A stretch of 62,130 nucleotides of DNA from Methanothrix sp. (GCA_040770465.1 JAXGJB010000012.1:1-62130); one strand, 5' to 3'; positions 1-12,491 are shown, numbered from the stretch's first letter. Translations and numbers: made by a program. Notes: generated from the letters alone by a model not told the origin.

Positions 1-375
1 TGGACGAAGAGCACCGAACTCGTATATCATCTTCTTGACGGCCCAGCGGAGGTTTTCGCAGACGAGCTTCTCATTTTTGAATACGAAAAATACGCCGAGG
101 CGTTGGGCGCATCCGACCTGTTGGACCATCTGAAGAAGGTGGCGATCCAGGTGAATCCGACCCAGGAGGAGATCGACGCTTGTGCACCCTTCTTCCCCGA
201 GAGGGAGCTTTCCGATGTCGTCCATGCCGCAACCTGCCTTTATCTCGATGCGGTTCTGATCACCAACGATAAGCATTTCGACAGAATCAAAGAGGACGGT
301 CTGATCGAAGTCTGGAGCAACACCAAAGCGATCAAAAGGCTTCTCGATGGCATGGAAGATTACGAAGACCTTTAG
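1..375 (+). CDS. PIN-domain (VapC-like) protein, 5' end outside the window
   Basis: Frame 1 is open from base 1 (WTKSTELVYHLL...). C-terminal PIN motif SDVVHAATC...LITNDKHF. Confidence 0.75.
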   Translation, partial: WTKSTELVYHLLDGPAEVFADELLIFEYEKYAEALGASDLLDHLKKVAIQVNPTQEEIDACAPFFPERELSDVVHAATCLYLDAVLITNDKHFDRIKEDGLIEVWSNTKAIKRLLDGMEDYEDL

Positions 376-429
376 AGGGCCATCGCCAGTATCGGATATA
401 AGCTTCTGACGCTGCCTCCATTCACCGCG

Positions 430-566
430 ACCTTCATGTGGGCCGCCTTCATCGTCACCTTCGCGAGAAAGTGGCAGCGATGATGCGGGCGCTAGGCTGC
501 GCGCGCCCCTCCGCCGCCGAGCGCCGCCCGGCGAGCGGTCCCGCCCCCGGTCCGGCGACGGTGGGG
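430..566 (+). repeat. Direct repeat A copy 1 (~135 bp): 3' end of a membrane-protein gene (TFMWAAFIVTFARKWQR*) plus a GC-rich tail
   Basis: accttcatgtgggccgccttcatcg...gcgagcggtcccgccccc is nearly identical to 2047-2180. Confidence 0.9.
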
Positions 567-573
567 CTCTGCA

Positions 574-659
574 AATACGCGGTGATGGTAGAGGGAGTCC
601 TGGGGTATCTCTTCCTCGCGCTCTTCGTGGTCGTGCTGGCGAGGAAGATCATAAGGTGA
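574..659 (+). pseudogene. Orphan C-terminal TM helix of an ion-channel/pentapeptide-repeat-type membrane protein
   Basis: KYAVMVEGVLGYLFLALFVVVLARKIIR* resembles the terminal helix of two-TM channel domains; no upstream gene body is present. Confidence 0.55.
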
Positions 660-798
660 GCCTTCGAGAGCGAGTTTTTAAATTCCTTGCCGGAGAATGC
701 TAATTGCGATGAAGCCGGAAACCAGCTCAATCCAGCGCCCAGTAATCCAGGCGAGCGAGATCCTTGCTGCGGACTGGATGATAAATGCCTATCTACAA

Positions 799-1646
799 TC
801 ATATATAAAAATTAAGATTGATTAATCTATTAATCAAATCTTGATGTGGGAAATCCATAGGAATAATACCATAACCGCGACTATAGCTTTCAGGAGTTAT
901 ATATTTTATATAATCGACTAATCTAGGATTTATGTAATCTGCAACTGTATATGGATAAGCCCCGGCAGAAACACCACTAGTGTAATTGAGGAATATCTTA
1001 TTTGGTGCAGATTCGATGTTGGCAACATATAATGTATTTTTTATTTTATTCCATTTATTCTCCCTATGGCCGACAGTTGGGACTTTATATTCATCCTGGA
1101 CATGATATGTAACTCCATCGCTATTGGTTTGCTCAAAAGTCGCATTATCTGGCCATTGGGACACATCGATTCCTGCTCCCTCAACTTTAAACCTGCGTAA
1201 CAATATTATTTTTCCTCTTACATATTCGAGAATTGGTATATTAGTAGTGTAGTTCCAATAACCTGTGTCAGCATACCACCAAAAGGTATCATCGAATGAT
1301 CGAGTACATCCAGACGGCTTATACTCCTCCTTAACTAGCATTATTATACATTCGCTTGGATTTTTAGTTAAGAATCCACTGCAAACATTAAGAACATCAT
1401 CAAACCATAATTTCTGAAATACACTCCCGTGATGGATGGCGAATCTATTATTTATATGCCTGCACCGTTGCACCGTATATCTATAAATCTAATTCCTGCT
1501 TCTAGTTGCTGGCCCAAATCCATTGATTGACATTTGACCAAATCTCCTCCATGACGTGAACAAGTATCGTGTGTACCAGGAATAGTTATAAGAGATATCC
1601 TTTTATTATTATCTAAATGAGCCATCCAATTATATGTTTCGACCAT
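799..1646 (-). pseudogene. Phosphatidylinositol-specific phospholipase C (bacterial PI-PLC X domain), frameshifted
   Basis: NWM..ISLITIPGTHD, QLEAGIRFIDIRC, IHHG, VRGKIILLRRF, QDEY and GIIPMDFP motifs are split over ORFs 1452-1646 and 799-1473. An 8-bp duplication at 1461-1476 causes the shift. The gene is AT-rich. Confidence 0.88.
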
Positions 1647-1951
1647 AGCAAGGTCTAGCCTGCTTAAACTATAAATACTTTATGAATTATATGTGTTTAG
1701 CCAACTAGCTTTGCCGTTAGCATTTGGAGATAATCCAGTCCTATCTATCCCTATATTGCCAGTGTCATCATAATTCTCTCATGAATCGAGGTTCCTCTAT
1801 TTTATCCTTAATACGCCGCAGCTCTGCACCGGTAATAAAGGGCATACGTTTCCAACTTAGGTGCGGATCAGCTACAGGTTTCCATCATCATGCGGCAGCG
1901 CCTTGCATACTCCGCAGATCTGCTGCGTGGGTGTGTCGCCACAGTTTCAAA

Positions 1952-2100
1952 TTCAGCATAATCACAACCGCAACTCCAGGATACGCCGGTTACACTCCCG
2001 CATCAGGACTGTATACCCTCATAGCAGGAGCGCAAGCAATTTCGGCACCTTCATGTGGGCCGCCTTCATCGCCACCTTCGCGAGAAAGTGGCAGCATTGA
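1952..2100 (+). pseudogene. C-terminal pore-loop/TM fragment of an ion-channel-domain protein
   Basis: FSIITTATPGYAGYTPASGLYTLIAGAQAI / FGTFMWAAFIATFARKWQH*, with a one-base shift near 2040. TxxTxGY is reminiscent of a channel pore signature. Confidence 0.6.
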
Positions 2101-2180
2101 TGCGGGCGCTAGGCTCGCGCGCCCCTCCGCCGAGCGCCGCCCGGCGAGCGGTCCCGCCCCCGATCCGAGCGACGCTGGGG
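2047..2180 (+). repeat. Direct repeat A copy 2
   Basis: Matches 430-566 with a few substitutions and small indels. Confidence 0.9.
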
Positions 2181-2258
2181 TAGCGGCCGCGGGGATGGCC
2201 ACCCACGCGCCAGGTCGCAAATGAATACTCTTATAATGTCTCGCAGGAAGTTATAGAC

Positions 2259-2459
2259 ATGAACTTCTTTGAATGGACCAACAAAAAAATCGCCAGGCTT
2301 ACTTGGATTGACATCGGGCTGACGAAACTTAGCGTTGCTGCCTTTGTGCTGATGATAGCAAAACTCTGGCCACCTCTGCTGAGTTTGGATTGGCGCTTGT
2401 ACGGCCTGATATTTGTGGTGCTTGCGATAATTCCCTTATGGAACTTCTGGAAAGCCTAG
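2259..2459 (+). CDS. Small two-TM membrane protein
   Basis: 66 aa with two hydrophobic segments; TATA-like ttataa about 25 nt upstream. Confidence 0.7.
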   Translation: MNFFEWTNKKIARLTWIDIGLTKLSVAAFVLMIAKLWPPLLSLDWRLYGLIFVVLAIIPLWNFWKA

Positions 2460-2686
2460 ACCTCGCTTTGATCGACATGAGGATCGGTATCGACTGATGG
2501 TGGCAGGCGAAATCTTTGGCTCCGACAGAGTCTCGCCGAGATGGAGCCGACTTGCACGCCTCCTTTTCAGGAACGTGGACGAGCTGCTGGCTTCTCTCGA
2601 CGAATGAAAATTTACCTATTTTTATGAGCCCGAACGGGACGATACCTGTTTTGGCGCACCCCCCCTCGGACGCCGCCCGGATCGAA

Positions 2687-3376
2687 TCAGCTTCTCCGCC
2701 TTCCACCCGTCCTCTCGGCCCCGTTCCAGGCGGCCAGCATCGCCGGGTTTCTTTCCAGGTAGCCTCTGACCGTCTCCTCAGGCACCCTGTTGAAGGGGCA
2801 GGAGAAGTTGACGCACCTCGAACAGAAATGGCGGGCCAGGACGCGGCCGAACGAGAGGGCCGCCATCGCCGTCGCAATATCGACGCCGACCATCCCCAGG
2901 AGGGCGAACCCGCCCTCGCCGGCGAAGAACGACCAGATCCCATAAGCCTGGACCAGCTCCGGAAAAGAGAGGATGAAGAGGGAGAAGAGGATCACCACCG
3001 ATCTCTCAAGCCAGCTCAAAGGGCTGAGGTTGGGGAGGAAGAGCTTGGGAAAGGGATTGGGGGCGATGCACCGGAGCCGCGGACCCTCCCGGGCGTAGTG
3101 GGGGCAGTGGCGGCAGAGGACCGCCATCTCCACCGGCCCGAGAAATGCAATCCCCGCCAGCGAGTATGCGAATATCGGCCACCAGATCCCCGTGGCGAGC
3201 CCGACCATCCCCATCCCCAAGAAGGATAGGGTCAGGAAGGGGAGCTGGCTTATGACGAAGAACCGCCGCTCGGCCTGGGCTTCCCGGCAGATCAGATTCT
3301 GGCGCAGCTCGCAGTCGTCGCAGCTAGAACCACCTTCCCAGCCGCAGATATGATGCGGATTTTTCCCTTCCGTCAT
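2687..3376 (-). CDS. Cys-rich membrane protein, function unknown
   Basis: Four TM segments; CRHCPHY and CSRCVNFSCPFN motifs. Confidence 0.7.
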   Translation of the reverse strand: MTEGKNPHHICGWEGGSSCDDCELRQNLICREAQAERRFFVISQLPFLTLSFLGMGMVGLATGIWWPIFAYSLAGIAFLGPVEMAVLCRHCPHYAREGPRLRCIAPNPFPKLFLPNLSPLSWLERSVVILFSLFILSFPELVQAYGIWSFFAGEGGFALLGMVGVDIATAMAALSFGRVLARHFCSRCVNFSCPFNRVPEETVRGYLERNPAMLAAWNGAERTGGRRRS

Positions 3377-3541
3377 TGATCCCCTCCTCAGAGCCTTGAT
3401 TGAGCCTTTTCGAAGGCCAATATAAGGCCTGAGCTTATTTGGATTTCTCCGTGCCTTGGGAGGGGCTTACATCCTGCATAATGCATAAGGATGGCTTCAA
3501 ATTATATGGGATGATCGCGGATTCGGATGAGAGGTTAGAAG

Positions 3542-3865
3542 ATGTTCTACAAGAGAAACGACGATGGATACAAACAACCCCTGGAGGGGATACGCCAGAA
3601 GACCCTGGCTTACGGAAGCGAGACCCTCCTCACCGAGTTCAGACTATCTGAGGGAAGCCTCCTCCCGAAGCACAGCCATCCTCAAGAGCAGACCGGCTAT
3701 CTGGTCTCGGGCAGAATACTCCTCTCCATCGGATCGGAAGAGTTCGAAGCAGAGGCCGGTGACAGCTGGTCCATACCAGGCGACGTCGAACATGGCGCCC
3801 TCATCCTTGAAGATTCAGTAGCTATCGAGGTATTCTCCCCGGTCCGAACCGACTATCTGCCCTGA
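3542..3865 (+). CDS. Cupin-2 domain protein
   Basis: HSHPQEQTGYLVSG...IPGDVEH...EVFSPVR motifs. Confidence 0.88.
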   Translation: MFYKRNDDGYKQPLEGIRQKTLAYGSETLLTEFRLSEGSLLPKHSHPQEQTGYLVSGRILLSIGSEEFEAEAGDSWSIPGDVEHGALILEDSVAIEVFSPVRTDYLP

Positions 3866-3875
3866 GATGAGCTCT

Positions 3876-6146
<2,271 letters not shown>

Positions 6147-6174
<28 letters not shown>

Positions 6175-6629
6175 TCTCCCGACTCCGGGGTGCAATAAGC
6201 AGAGTTTCGAGGATGGCCCATCCCCAGCTTCTTCAGAATAATTCGTATCTGTTTGGGGGTGTACTCGACGCCGAACTCCCTATTTATGAGATCCTTGACC
6301 TCGCTGGTGGTCCAGCGATCTCTCTGGAGGAGAAGGACTTTCAGCTGCTCTTTTTGAACTTCCGAGAGCTTTGTCGGCCTCCCGCCTCCGTGCCTCGGCA
6401 TCAGCTCCTCGTAGCCGCCGTCGTTCCACTTCCTCTGCCAGGTATATCCCACGCTCTTGGTTATGCCGACCAAGTAGGCCGAGGTCTCGACGCTGAAACC
6501 CTGATACCGATATCTTATGAACCGGAGCCTCTTCAGAATCCGGGCACACTTCTCTAACTCCTTTATCCTGTTGTCGAGCTCATCGGGGGCCATACATCTT
6601 TGTATGGAGACCTGCTCCGGCTTGGGCAT
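6147..6629 (-). mobile_element. IS630-family transposase N-terminal HTH/winged-HTH ORF lacking the DDE domain, overlapping ectA
   Basis: GYTWQRKWNDGGYEEL.P..GGGRPTKLS...WTTSEVKDLINREFGVEYT..IRIILKKLGM is typical IS630 N-terminal sequence; no catalytic half follows. Confidence 0.75.
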
Positions 6630-6989
6630 GGTATCACGGTTGAAATTAATACGTATTAAATGTTTGGTTCTAATCAACCTGCGTTGCGTTTGCGCAAGCG
6701 AAATTTATTTAACTCGGCGGCGCGTTCCATAAAGCGTCTGCTCTTCTGCGGCAGAGCTGAACCGCAAGCCAGGAAATCAGACAAATGCGGAAAAAGGCGC
6801 GAACCCTCAAAGACCGGAAGGCCCTGAGCAATCTGCCTCGGCCTTCTTCTCTCCTTCCTCAAAAATAACTATTATCTGTCCTCCGCCAAGACGGCAACCG
6901 CCGAAAACAGGTTCATATTCTGAGGAGGTGGAGGAGGAGGCTGGCAAATGACCAGCCCCGGTTCCTCGGTCTTTGATTCCTCGGTTGGA

Positions 6990-8099
6990 TCAGGAGATGG
7001 AGCTGGTGGCGTAATCGGTATCCTGCCACCAGTCTCCGTCCAGGACCGCAGCCTGATGCCCCATCGTCCTCAGGGCGAAGTAGAGGGTGCAGGCCTCAGG
7101 GGTCCCGTAGATCATCTGGACCTTCCCCTCATCGAGCCCCCGGCCCGAGAATAGCTCGTCGAGATCTGCAGCGCTCTTGAGGGTGCGAGCCTCGGGGTCG
7201 GAGAAGAGGTTGGAGGTCTCGAACAACATGGAGTTTGAGATGCGGGATGATGCGTAGTCGGAGAAGCTGGACCTGGTGTCCACGATCTGGACGGCGAAGC
7301 TCTCCTCCGCAAGAGCCAGCATCGACTCGTTGACCAGGAGCCTCTCCTTCACCGCCGGGGTGTAGTTTGATCCCGTCGGCTCCGGGGCGTTCTGGACCAG
7401 CTCCAGATCGGGGAATGCCGAGATGTCTCCGTCAAGACGGCTGAGGTTCTCGTGGCCCAGATACTCGAGGGCCCAGAAGATGTATGCCGAGTCGTCACCG
7501 TTCCCATATACCACGATGGGATCGGTCTCGTTGACCCCCAGGCTGCGGAGCGCATCGGTGGCTGCCGCAAGGTCAAGACTCCCCCCGGACCTCAGAGATC
7601 TCCAGTAGAGGTTCCTCGCCCCCGGAAGGTGGCCCGCCTCGTAGTCCTCGGGAGATCGGGCGTCAAGGAGGACGCGTCCGTCCAGGTCGTCACCCGGACG
7701 GGTCAGGAGGCCGGGGGAGGGGTACTCGACCTCTTCATCGCTCTCCGGAGGCGAGCTCGCATTTGCTGTCGCCTGGACTTGAGGGGTCGCAGAAGTGGCG
7801 GGTGTGGCCGACGGTGTGGGATTCGAGTGGTATTTGGCCCACCAGCGATCCAGATTGGTCCAGTCGGGACAGTCGGGGCAATCCATGTTCCCCCCAGCCA
7901 GAGCTGTGCTGGCGAGGACTGCTCCCAAGACCAATAACGAGATGACTGTTCTTTTGGGATGGGATAATATCGTTGATCTGAGAGGGCCCGGCCTCACCTG
8001 GCGGCCTTCCTCATCCGGAATAGATCCTGAATTCTCGATGATGATCACTCCCCGATCCGCTCTCAAATACATCGATCGTATTTTAGGCTGGCGAGCCAT
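6990..8099 (-). CDS. Exported tandem rhodanese-domain protein (true start uncertain, probably internal)
   Basis: Signal-like KRTVISLLVLGAVLASTALA, then DCPDCPDW, LLDARSPEDYEAGHLPGARN and a second IVDTRS domain. Confidence 0.75.
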   Translation of the reverse strand: MARQPKIRSMYLRADRGVIIIENSGSIPDEEGRQVRPGPLRSTILSHPKRTVISLLVLGAVLASTALAGGNMDCPDCPDWTNLDRWWAKYHSNPTPSATPATSATPQVQATANASSPPESDEEVEYPSPGLLTRPGDDLDGRVLLDARSPEDYEAGHLPGARNLYWRSLRSGGSLDLAAATDALRSLGVNETDPIVVYGNGDDSAYIFWALEYLGHENLSRLDGDISAFPDLELVQNAPEPTGSNYTPAVKERLLVNESMLALAEESFAVQIVDTRSSFSDYASSRISNSMLFETSNLFSDPEARTLKSAADLDELFSGRGLDEGKVQMIYGTPEACTLYFALRTMGHQAAVLDGDWWQDTDYATSSIS

Positions 8100-8194
8100 C
8101 GGACAGGAACTTATAAATACCTAAATTGTGTCCATCGAAGCAAAATATAGTACGTTGATGTACTTATTCATACATTATCATCGGAGAGATACCA

Positions 8195-8986
8195 TTGATA
8201 GGGAAATCGGTCAGGATGGAGAGGATCTTCAACAGGGAGACGGATAGAACGGTGATCATCCCCATGGACCACGGCGTCACCGTCGGGCCCATCCGTGGGA
8301 TCAAGAGCGTGAGGGAGGCGGCGGATCGGGTCGCCGCTGGGGGGGCGGACGCCGCCGTCGTCCACAAGGGCGCGGCCTCCTTCGGCCATCGGGGGTACGG
8401 CCGGGACCTGGGTCTGATCCTCCACCTCTCCGCCTCCACCAACCTCGGCCCCGACCCGAACAACAAGGTCCTGGTGGCGACGGTCGAGGAGGCTCTGAAG
8501 CTCGGGGCCGACGCCGTCAGCATCCAGGTGAACGTGGGAGCCGAAGACGAGTCCGCAATGCTCGCGACCCTCGGTGAGACCTCCCGAAAGTGCCAGGAGT
8601 GGGGGATGCCGCTCCTCGCCATGATGTACCCAAGGGGAAAGAAGATCGAGGACGAACTCCGGGGCGAGTACATCGCCCACGCCGCCCGTGTGGGGGCGGA
8701 GCTGGGGGCCGACGTCGTCAAGACAAGCTACTCCGGCGATCCCGACTCCTTCCGAGATGTGGTGGAAGGCTGCCCCGTCCCCGTGGTCATCGCTGGCGGG
8801 CCCCGGACGGAGACCGAGGCCGAGTTCCTCTCGATGGTCGCCGACGCCATCGGCGCCGGGGCCCGGGGTGTCGCCATAGGAAGAAACGTCTTCCAGCACG
8901 CCGACCCCACCCTCATCACAAAGCGGATCTGCTCCATCGTCCACCGGGGCATGACGGCTGAGGAGGCCCTGGAGATGGAAGAATAG
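8195..8986 (+). CDS. aroA': 2-amino-3,7-dideoxy-D-threo-hept-6-ulosonate synthase / DhnA-type class I aldolase
   Basis: [38 protein letters not shown] (Schiff-base Lys), GRNVFQH. Confidence 0.82.
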   Translation: MIGKSVRMERIFNRETDRTVIIPMDHGVTVGPIRGIKSVREAADRVAAGGADAAVVHKGAASFGHRGYGRDLGLILHLSASTNLGPDPNNKVLVATVEEALKLGADAVSIQVNVGAEDESAMLATLGETSRKCQEWGMPLLAMMYPRGKKIEDELRGEYIAHAARVGAELGADVVKTSYSGDPDSFRDVVEGCPVPVVIAGGPRTETEAEFLSMVADAIGAGARGVAIGRNVFQHADPTLITKRICSIVHRGMTAEEALEMEE

Positions 8987-9061
8987 GAAGGTTTGGCGGG
9001 GGGGGGTGAAGAGGGGTGGAAGGGTCAAGGTGGGGCCGGTGGAGCCAAAAGCTCGATCACG

Positions 9062-9880
9062 TCACCTCAGATACTCGACGCTCCCCTTCGCCGCCCTGAA
9101 GGTGGACATGTACCTGTGAACCTCGGGCGGGATCTCGGTGGATACAGATAGCCCCATCTCCTTCGCCTCTTTTGAGGATATGGGGAGGCTGTGAATGTTC
9201 TCTCCTCCGAGGAGCGATCGTTCGATCTTCGCGAAGGACTCCTCGTCCACCCTCCCGTCCAGAAGCTCGTGAAGGTGAATGTTCATCATCTTGAGGGCCT
9301 TCTCCGAGATGTGTCGCATGATGAAGCTCGCGTCGTCGGCGTTCTTCCCCTTCATCTCCGTCGCGTAGATCCAGGAGTGAGCGGGGTACGAACCCCGGAT
9401 GACGTCGCCCACCTGGGGATCGATGGGACCGATGACGGCGTCCGGGTCCATCGCGATCTCGTCGCAGGCGAGGGCTATGATCGTCCCGCCGCTCATGGCG
9501 TAGTGAGGGATGATGGCCCGGGTTTTTGCCTCGTGGTTTCTCAGGGCTCTTGCGATCTGGATGCTGGGGAGGAGCTGGCCACCCGGCGAATGGACGATGA
9601 CGTCGATGGGCCTCGACCCCGCGGACCTGATCCCCCGGAGGAGCTCTTCTGCGTCCTCCACGTCGATGAACTGGTATATCGGAAGGCCGAAGAGGGATAT
9701 AGCCTCCTTTTTGTGGACCATCGTCAGAACCTTCGACCCCCAGGACCGCTCCATCTCCTTGATGACCCCGATCCGCGACCTCCTCAGGTTCCAGAGCTGA
9801 AGCTGGGGGAGGAGGACCGCATATAGCACGAAAGCTATGAAGAAGAAGGTCAAAAGATCCAGGGTGTCCATGTTGTCCAT
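9062..9880 (-). CDS. ClpP-class serine protease (SDH_sah family), membrane anchored
   Basis: N-terminal TM; HSPGG, PHYAMSGGTIIALA, IGPIDPQ. Confidence 0.85.
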   Translation of the reverse strand: MDNMDTLDLLTFFFIAFVLYAVLLPQLQLWNLRRSRIGVIKEMERSWGSKVLTMVHKKEAISLFGLPIYQFIDVEDAEELLRGIRSAGSRPIDVIVHSPGGQLLPSIQIARALRNHEAKTRAIIPHYAMSGGTIIALACDEIAMDPDAVIGPIDPQVGDVIRGSYPAHSWIYATEMKGKNADDASFIMRHISEKALKMMNIHLHELLDGRVDEESFAKIERSLLGGENIHSLPISSKEAKEMGLSVSTEIPPEVHRYMSTFRAAKGSVEYLR

Positions 9881-9984
9881 AGAAAAGAAAGAGGGTGGTG
9901 CTGATACAAATAGATGGCCTAGATGGCCGAAAGATTGGTTTTCGAAGGGGTAGGACGAGCGGGGCGACCTCGTTTCACGTTCAG

Positions 9985-11016
9985 ATGGGGGGGGCGATTC
10001 TTGCGATCCTCGCGATCCTTCTCTTATCGCTCCTATCGACGCCGGTCCTGGCGGAGGACCCGGCAGAAGAGGACTTCTACGGAGCCGAGGGGGGACCCCA
10101 GATCTTCGTCACCTCCGTCAACTCGAGCCTTGAGACGGGGAAGACGGGATCGGTCTTCGTGACCATCGAGAACCGGGGCAATGTGACCGGCCTTGTGGAG
10201 AAGAGGCAGCCTGCGACCGAGGACGAGAAGATGCTCGCCCTTCTGGAGGGGGAGATGGAGATGGAGGGGTCGGAGGCCGTCGGCATCCAGGCGAGCCTTT
10301 CGTCCAGGGACGACAGGCTTGAGGTTCTATCGAGGCCCCAGCTGGCAGGATCCCTTGCCGGAGGCGAGGTCCTCGACGGTCCGATCGAGTTTTCGGTCCG
10401 GGCCTCCGAGTCGGCCAGCGCCGGGATCTACCCCATGGTCCTTGAGGTAACTTACGAGAGGCAGGATGACGTCCAGGTCCAGGGCAACCCCCTCTACCCC
10501 GAGATACGCTTCGAGCGAGCCGAGGCTTCGGAGACTATCTCCATCGAGGTGCCTGTGATGACGGGGCCGAGGCTCGAGGTGGCGGAGGTGAAGGGGTCGG
10601 TCTCTCCGGGCCGCTCCTCCGATCTGGAGCTGGTTCTTCTCAACGACGGGGACGTCCCGGCCCGGCAGGTTCAGGCGGAGCTTCTCGTCGGACCTCCCTT
10701 CAACTCCACTGCGGGGGTCGCGGAGCTTGGCGATATCGAGCCGGGAGATCGGGCGTCGGCAGAATTTCCCCTGGCGGTGGACCGGATGGCAGATCCCGGC
10801 GAGAGCGCTCTCGTCCTGCAGGTCCGGTATCTTCCGGGCGAGGGGAAGGAAGAGAGGACGGAGAATCTGGCGGCCCTTGTGGAGGTGAAGGCGCCGACGG
10901 GACTTCGGGCGATACTGGTCGTCCCGATCGTCGCCATCCTTCTCACGCTCCTCTACCTCGGCGGCGTGAGAAAGGGGATCCGGCTCCCGAGGCTCCGGAG
11001 AAAGAAGCGGTGGTGA
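9985..11016 (+). CDS. COG1361-type S-layer-domain/Ig-like exported protein
   Basis: Signal peptide, repeated beta domains (IENRG; LLNDGD...LGDIEPGD) and a C-terminal TM with a basic tail. Confidence 0.75.
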   Translation: MGGAILAILAILLLSLLSTPVLAEDPAEEDFYGAEGGPQIFVTSVNSSLETGKTGSVFVTIENRGNVTGLVEKRQPATEDEKMLALLEGEMEMEGSEAVGIQASLSSRDDRLEVLSRPQLAGSLAGGEVLDGPIEFSVRASESASAGIYPMVLEVTYERQDDVQVQGNPLYPEIRFERAEASETISIEVPVMTGPRLEVAEVKGSVSPGRSSDLELVLLNDGDVPARQVQAELLVGPPFNSTAGVAELGDIEPGDRASAEFPLAVDRMADPGESALVLQVRYLPGEGKEERTENLAALVEVKAPTGLRAILVVPIVAILLTLLYLGGVRKGIRLPRLRRKKRW

Positions 11017-11023
11017 CCGAAGA

Positions 11024-12274
11024 TCATCTTGCGGCCAGGTCCTCGAACTGCTCCTGGGCCCGGTCCAGGATCTCCTCCTCTCCGGGGATGACGCCGCCCT
11101 TCATCAGGACCTTCCCATCAACGATCGTCGTGTCCACGCCGCCCTGGGCGCTGTAGACCAGGTGTGACACCACGTTATCATCGGCCAGGGGAGAGAACCA
11201 GGGCTTTCGGAGGTCGATGAGGGAGAGGTCGGCCATGGCGCCGGCCCGGAGGCCGAGGTCGAGACGGAAGGCTCTGTAGGCGTTCTCGGTAGCCATCTTC
11301 CAGACCTCGCCCGCGCCGAAGAGGTCGGGGCGGGAGTGGGCGCACTTCTGGGCGATGGCCGTCGTCTTCATCTCCTGGAATAGGTTGAGGCTGTTGTTCG
11401 AGGAGGCGCCGTCGGTCCCAAGGCAGATGTTCGCCCCTGCCCTCGCAAGCCGGTCGAGGGGGGCTATCCCCGAGGCGAGCTTGTGGTTGCTGATGGAGCA
11501 GTGGGCGACGTTCACCCCCCGGTCGGCGATGATCGAAATGTCTTTTGGCGAGAGCCAGACGCAGTGGGCCGCCACGACCCGGTCGCTGAGAAAGCCGAGG
11601 GAGTCCAGGTACTCGACGGGGCTTTTGCTGCAGTTCTTCTCGAAGCTCTCCACCTCCGACCTCGTCTCCGAGAGGTGGATGTGGATCATGACATTGTGCT
11701 TCTCCGCAAGATCCAGGGCCCGAGCAAGGGTCTCCTCCGAGCAGGTGTAGACGGCGTGGGGGCCGACGGCGGGGACGATCAGGTCGTCGTTCTTCCACCT
11801 TCGGATGAAGGGCTCGGCGTCCTCGACGAGATCGGGCCTCATGTCGAAGAGGACCCCGGACAATACCGCCCGCAGGCCCATCTCCTTTGTCGCCCGGGCC
11901 GTCTCGTCCATGAAGTAGTACATGTCGTTGTAGCAGGTGATCCCCGACCTGATCATCTCGAGGCAGCCAAGCTTCACCCCCCACCGGATGTCCTCGGCGG
12001 TGAGCTTCGCCTCCAGGGGCCAGATCTTCTCCTGGAGCCACGGCAAGAGCTCCATGTCGTCGGCGTAGCCCCGAAAAAGAGTCATGGCGAGGTGGGTGTG
12101 GGCGTTGACGAGGCCCGGTATGGCGAGCTTTCCGGAGCCGTCGATCACCACATCGTCGCCCGACTCGTCGGCGACCCCCGTGCCGATCCCGGCGATCCGG
12201 CCGCCGTCGATGGCGATGTTCACGTCCCGGCAAAGCCGTCCACCCTCCACGATCGAGGCGTTTCTGATCAGCAT
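11024..12274 (-). CDS. dadD: 5'-deoxyadenosine/MTA/SAH deaminase (amidohydrolase)
   Basis: PGLVNAHTH, GPHAVYTCS, HIHLSET, AAHCVWL, LGTDGASSNN. Confidence 0.8.
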   Translation of the reverse strand: MLIRNASIVEGGRLCRDVNIAIDGGRIAGIGTGVADESGDDVVIDGSGKLAIPGLVNAHTHLAMTLFRGYADDMELLPWLQEKIWPLEAKLTAEDIRWGVKLGCLEMIRSGITCYNDMYYFMDETARATKEMGLRAVLSGVLFDMRPDLVEDAEPFIRRWKNDDLIVPAVGPHAVYTCSEETLARALDLAEKHNVMIHIHLSETRSEVESFEKNCSKSPVEYLDSLGFLSDRVVAAHCVWLSPKDISIIADRGVNVAHCSISNHKLASGIAPLDRLARAGANICLGTDGASSNNSLNLFQEMKTTAIAQKCAHSRPDLFGAGEVWKMATENAYRAFRLDLGLRAGAMADLSLIDLRKPWFSPLADDNVVSHLVYSAQGGVDTTIVDGKVLMKGGVIPGEEEILDRAQEQFEDLAAR

Positions 12275-12366
12275 GGTCTCCCATTCTCCCGGCATCGGCG
12301 TTAAAACTTTTGCGAGCGTCCAGATCGCCAGGCTTAAAAAGTCCGGGCTCCAAGGGAAAGGAGCGT

Positions 12367-12491
12367 GCTGAGGTAGCCAAGCGGCCCACGGCGCCGGTCT
12401 TGAACTCGGACCATCGCCCAAAGCGAACGGTCCGACGAGCGAACCGGTGGTGCACTGCGCCTCGTGAGTTCAAATCTCACCCTCAGCGCCA
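12367..12491 (+). tRNA. tRNA-Ser(UGA) with a 37-nt intron at position 37/38 (12405-12441) and encoded CCA
   Basis: Acceptor gctgagg/cctcagc, then G and CCA; anticodon stem ccggt/accgg with loop CT-TGA-A|A; long variable arm; T-loop gttcaaat. The intron is self-complementary (tcggacc...ggtccga). Confidence 0.92.

Noticed and set aside
12399-12404. Reading the tRNA as a selenocysteine or opal-suppressor tRNA, given the SelB-like gene
   Set aside because: The anticodon is UGA (reads the Ser codon UCA), not UCA, and the acceptor stem is a normal 7 bp.
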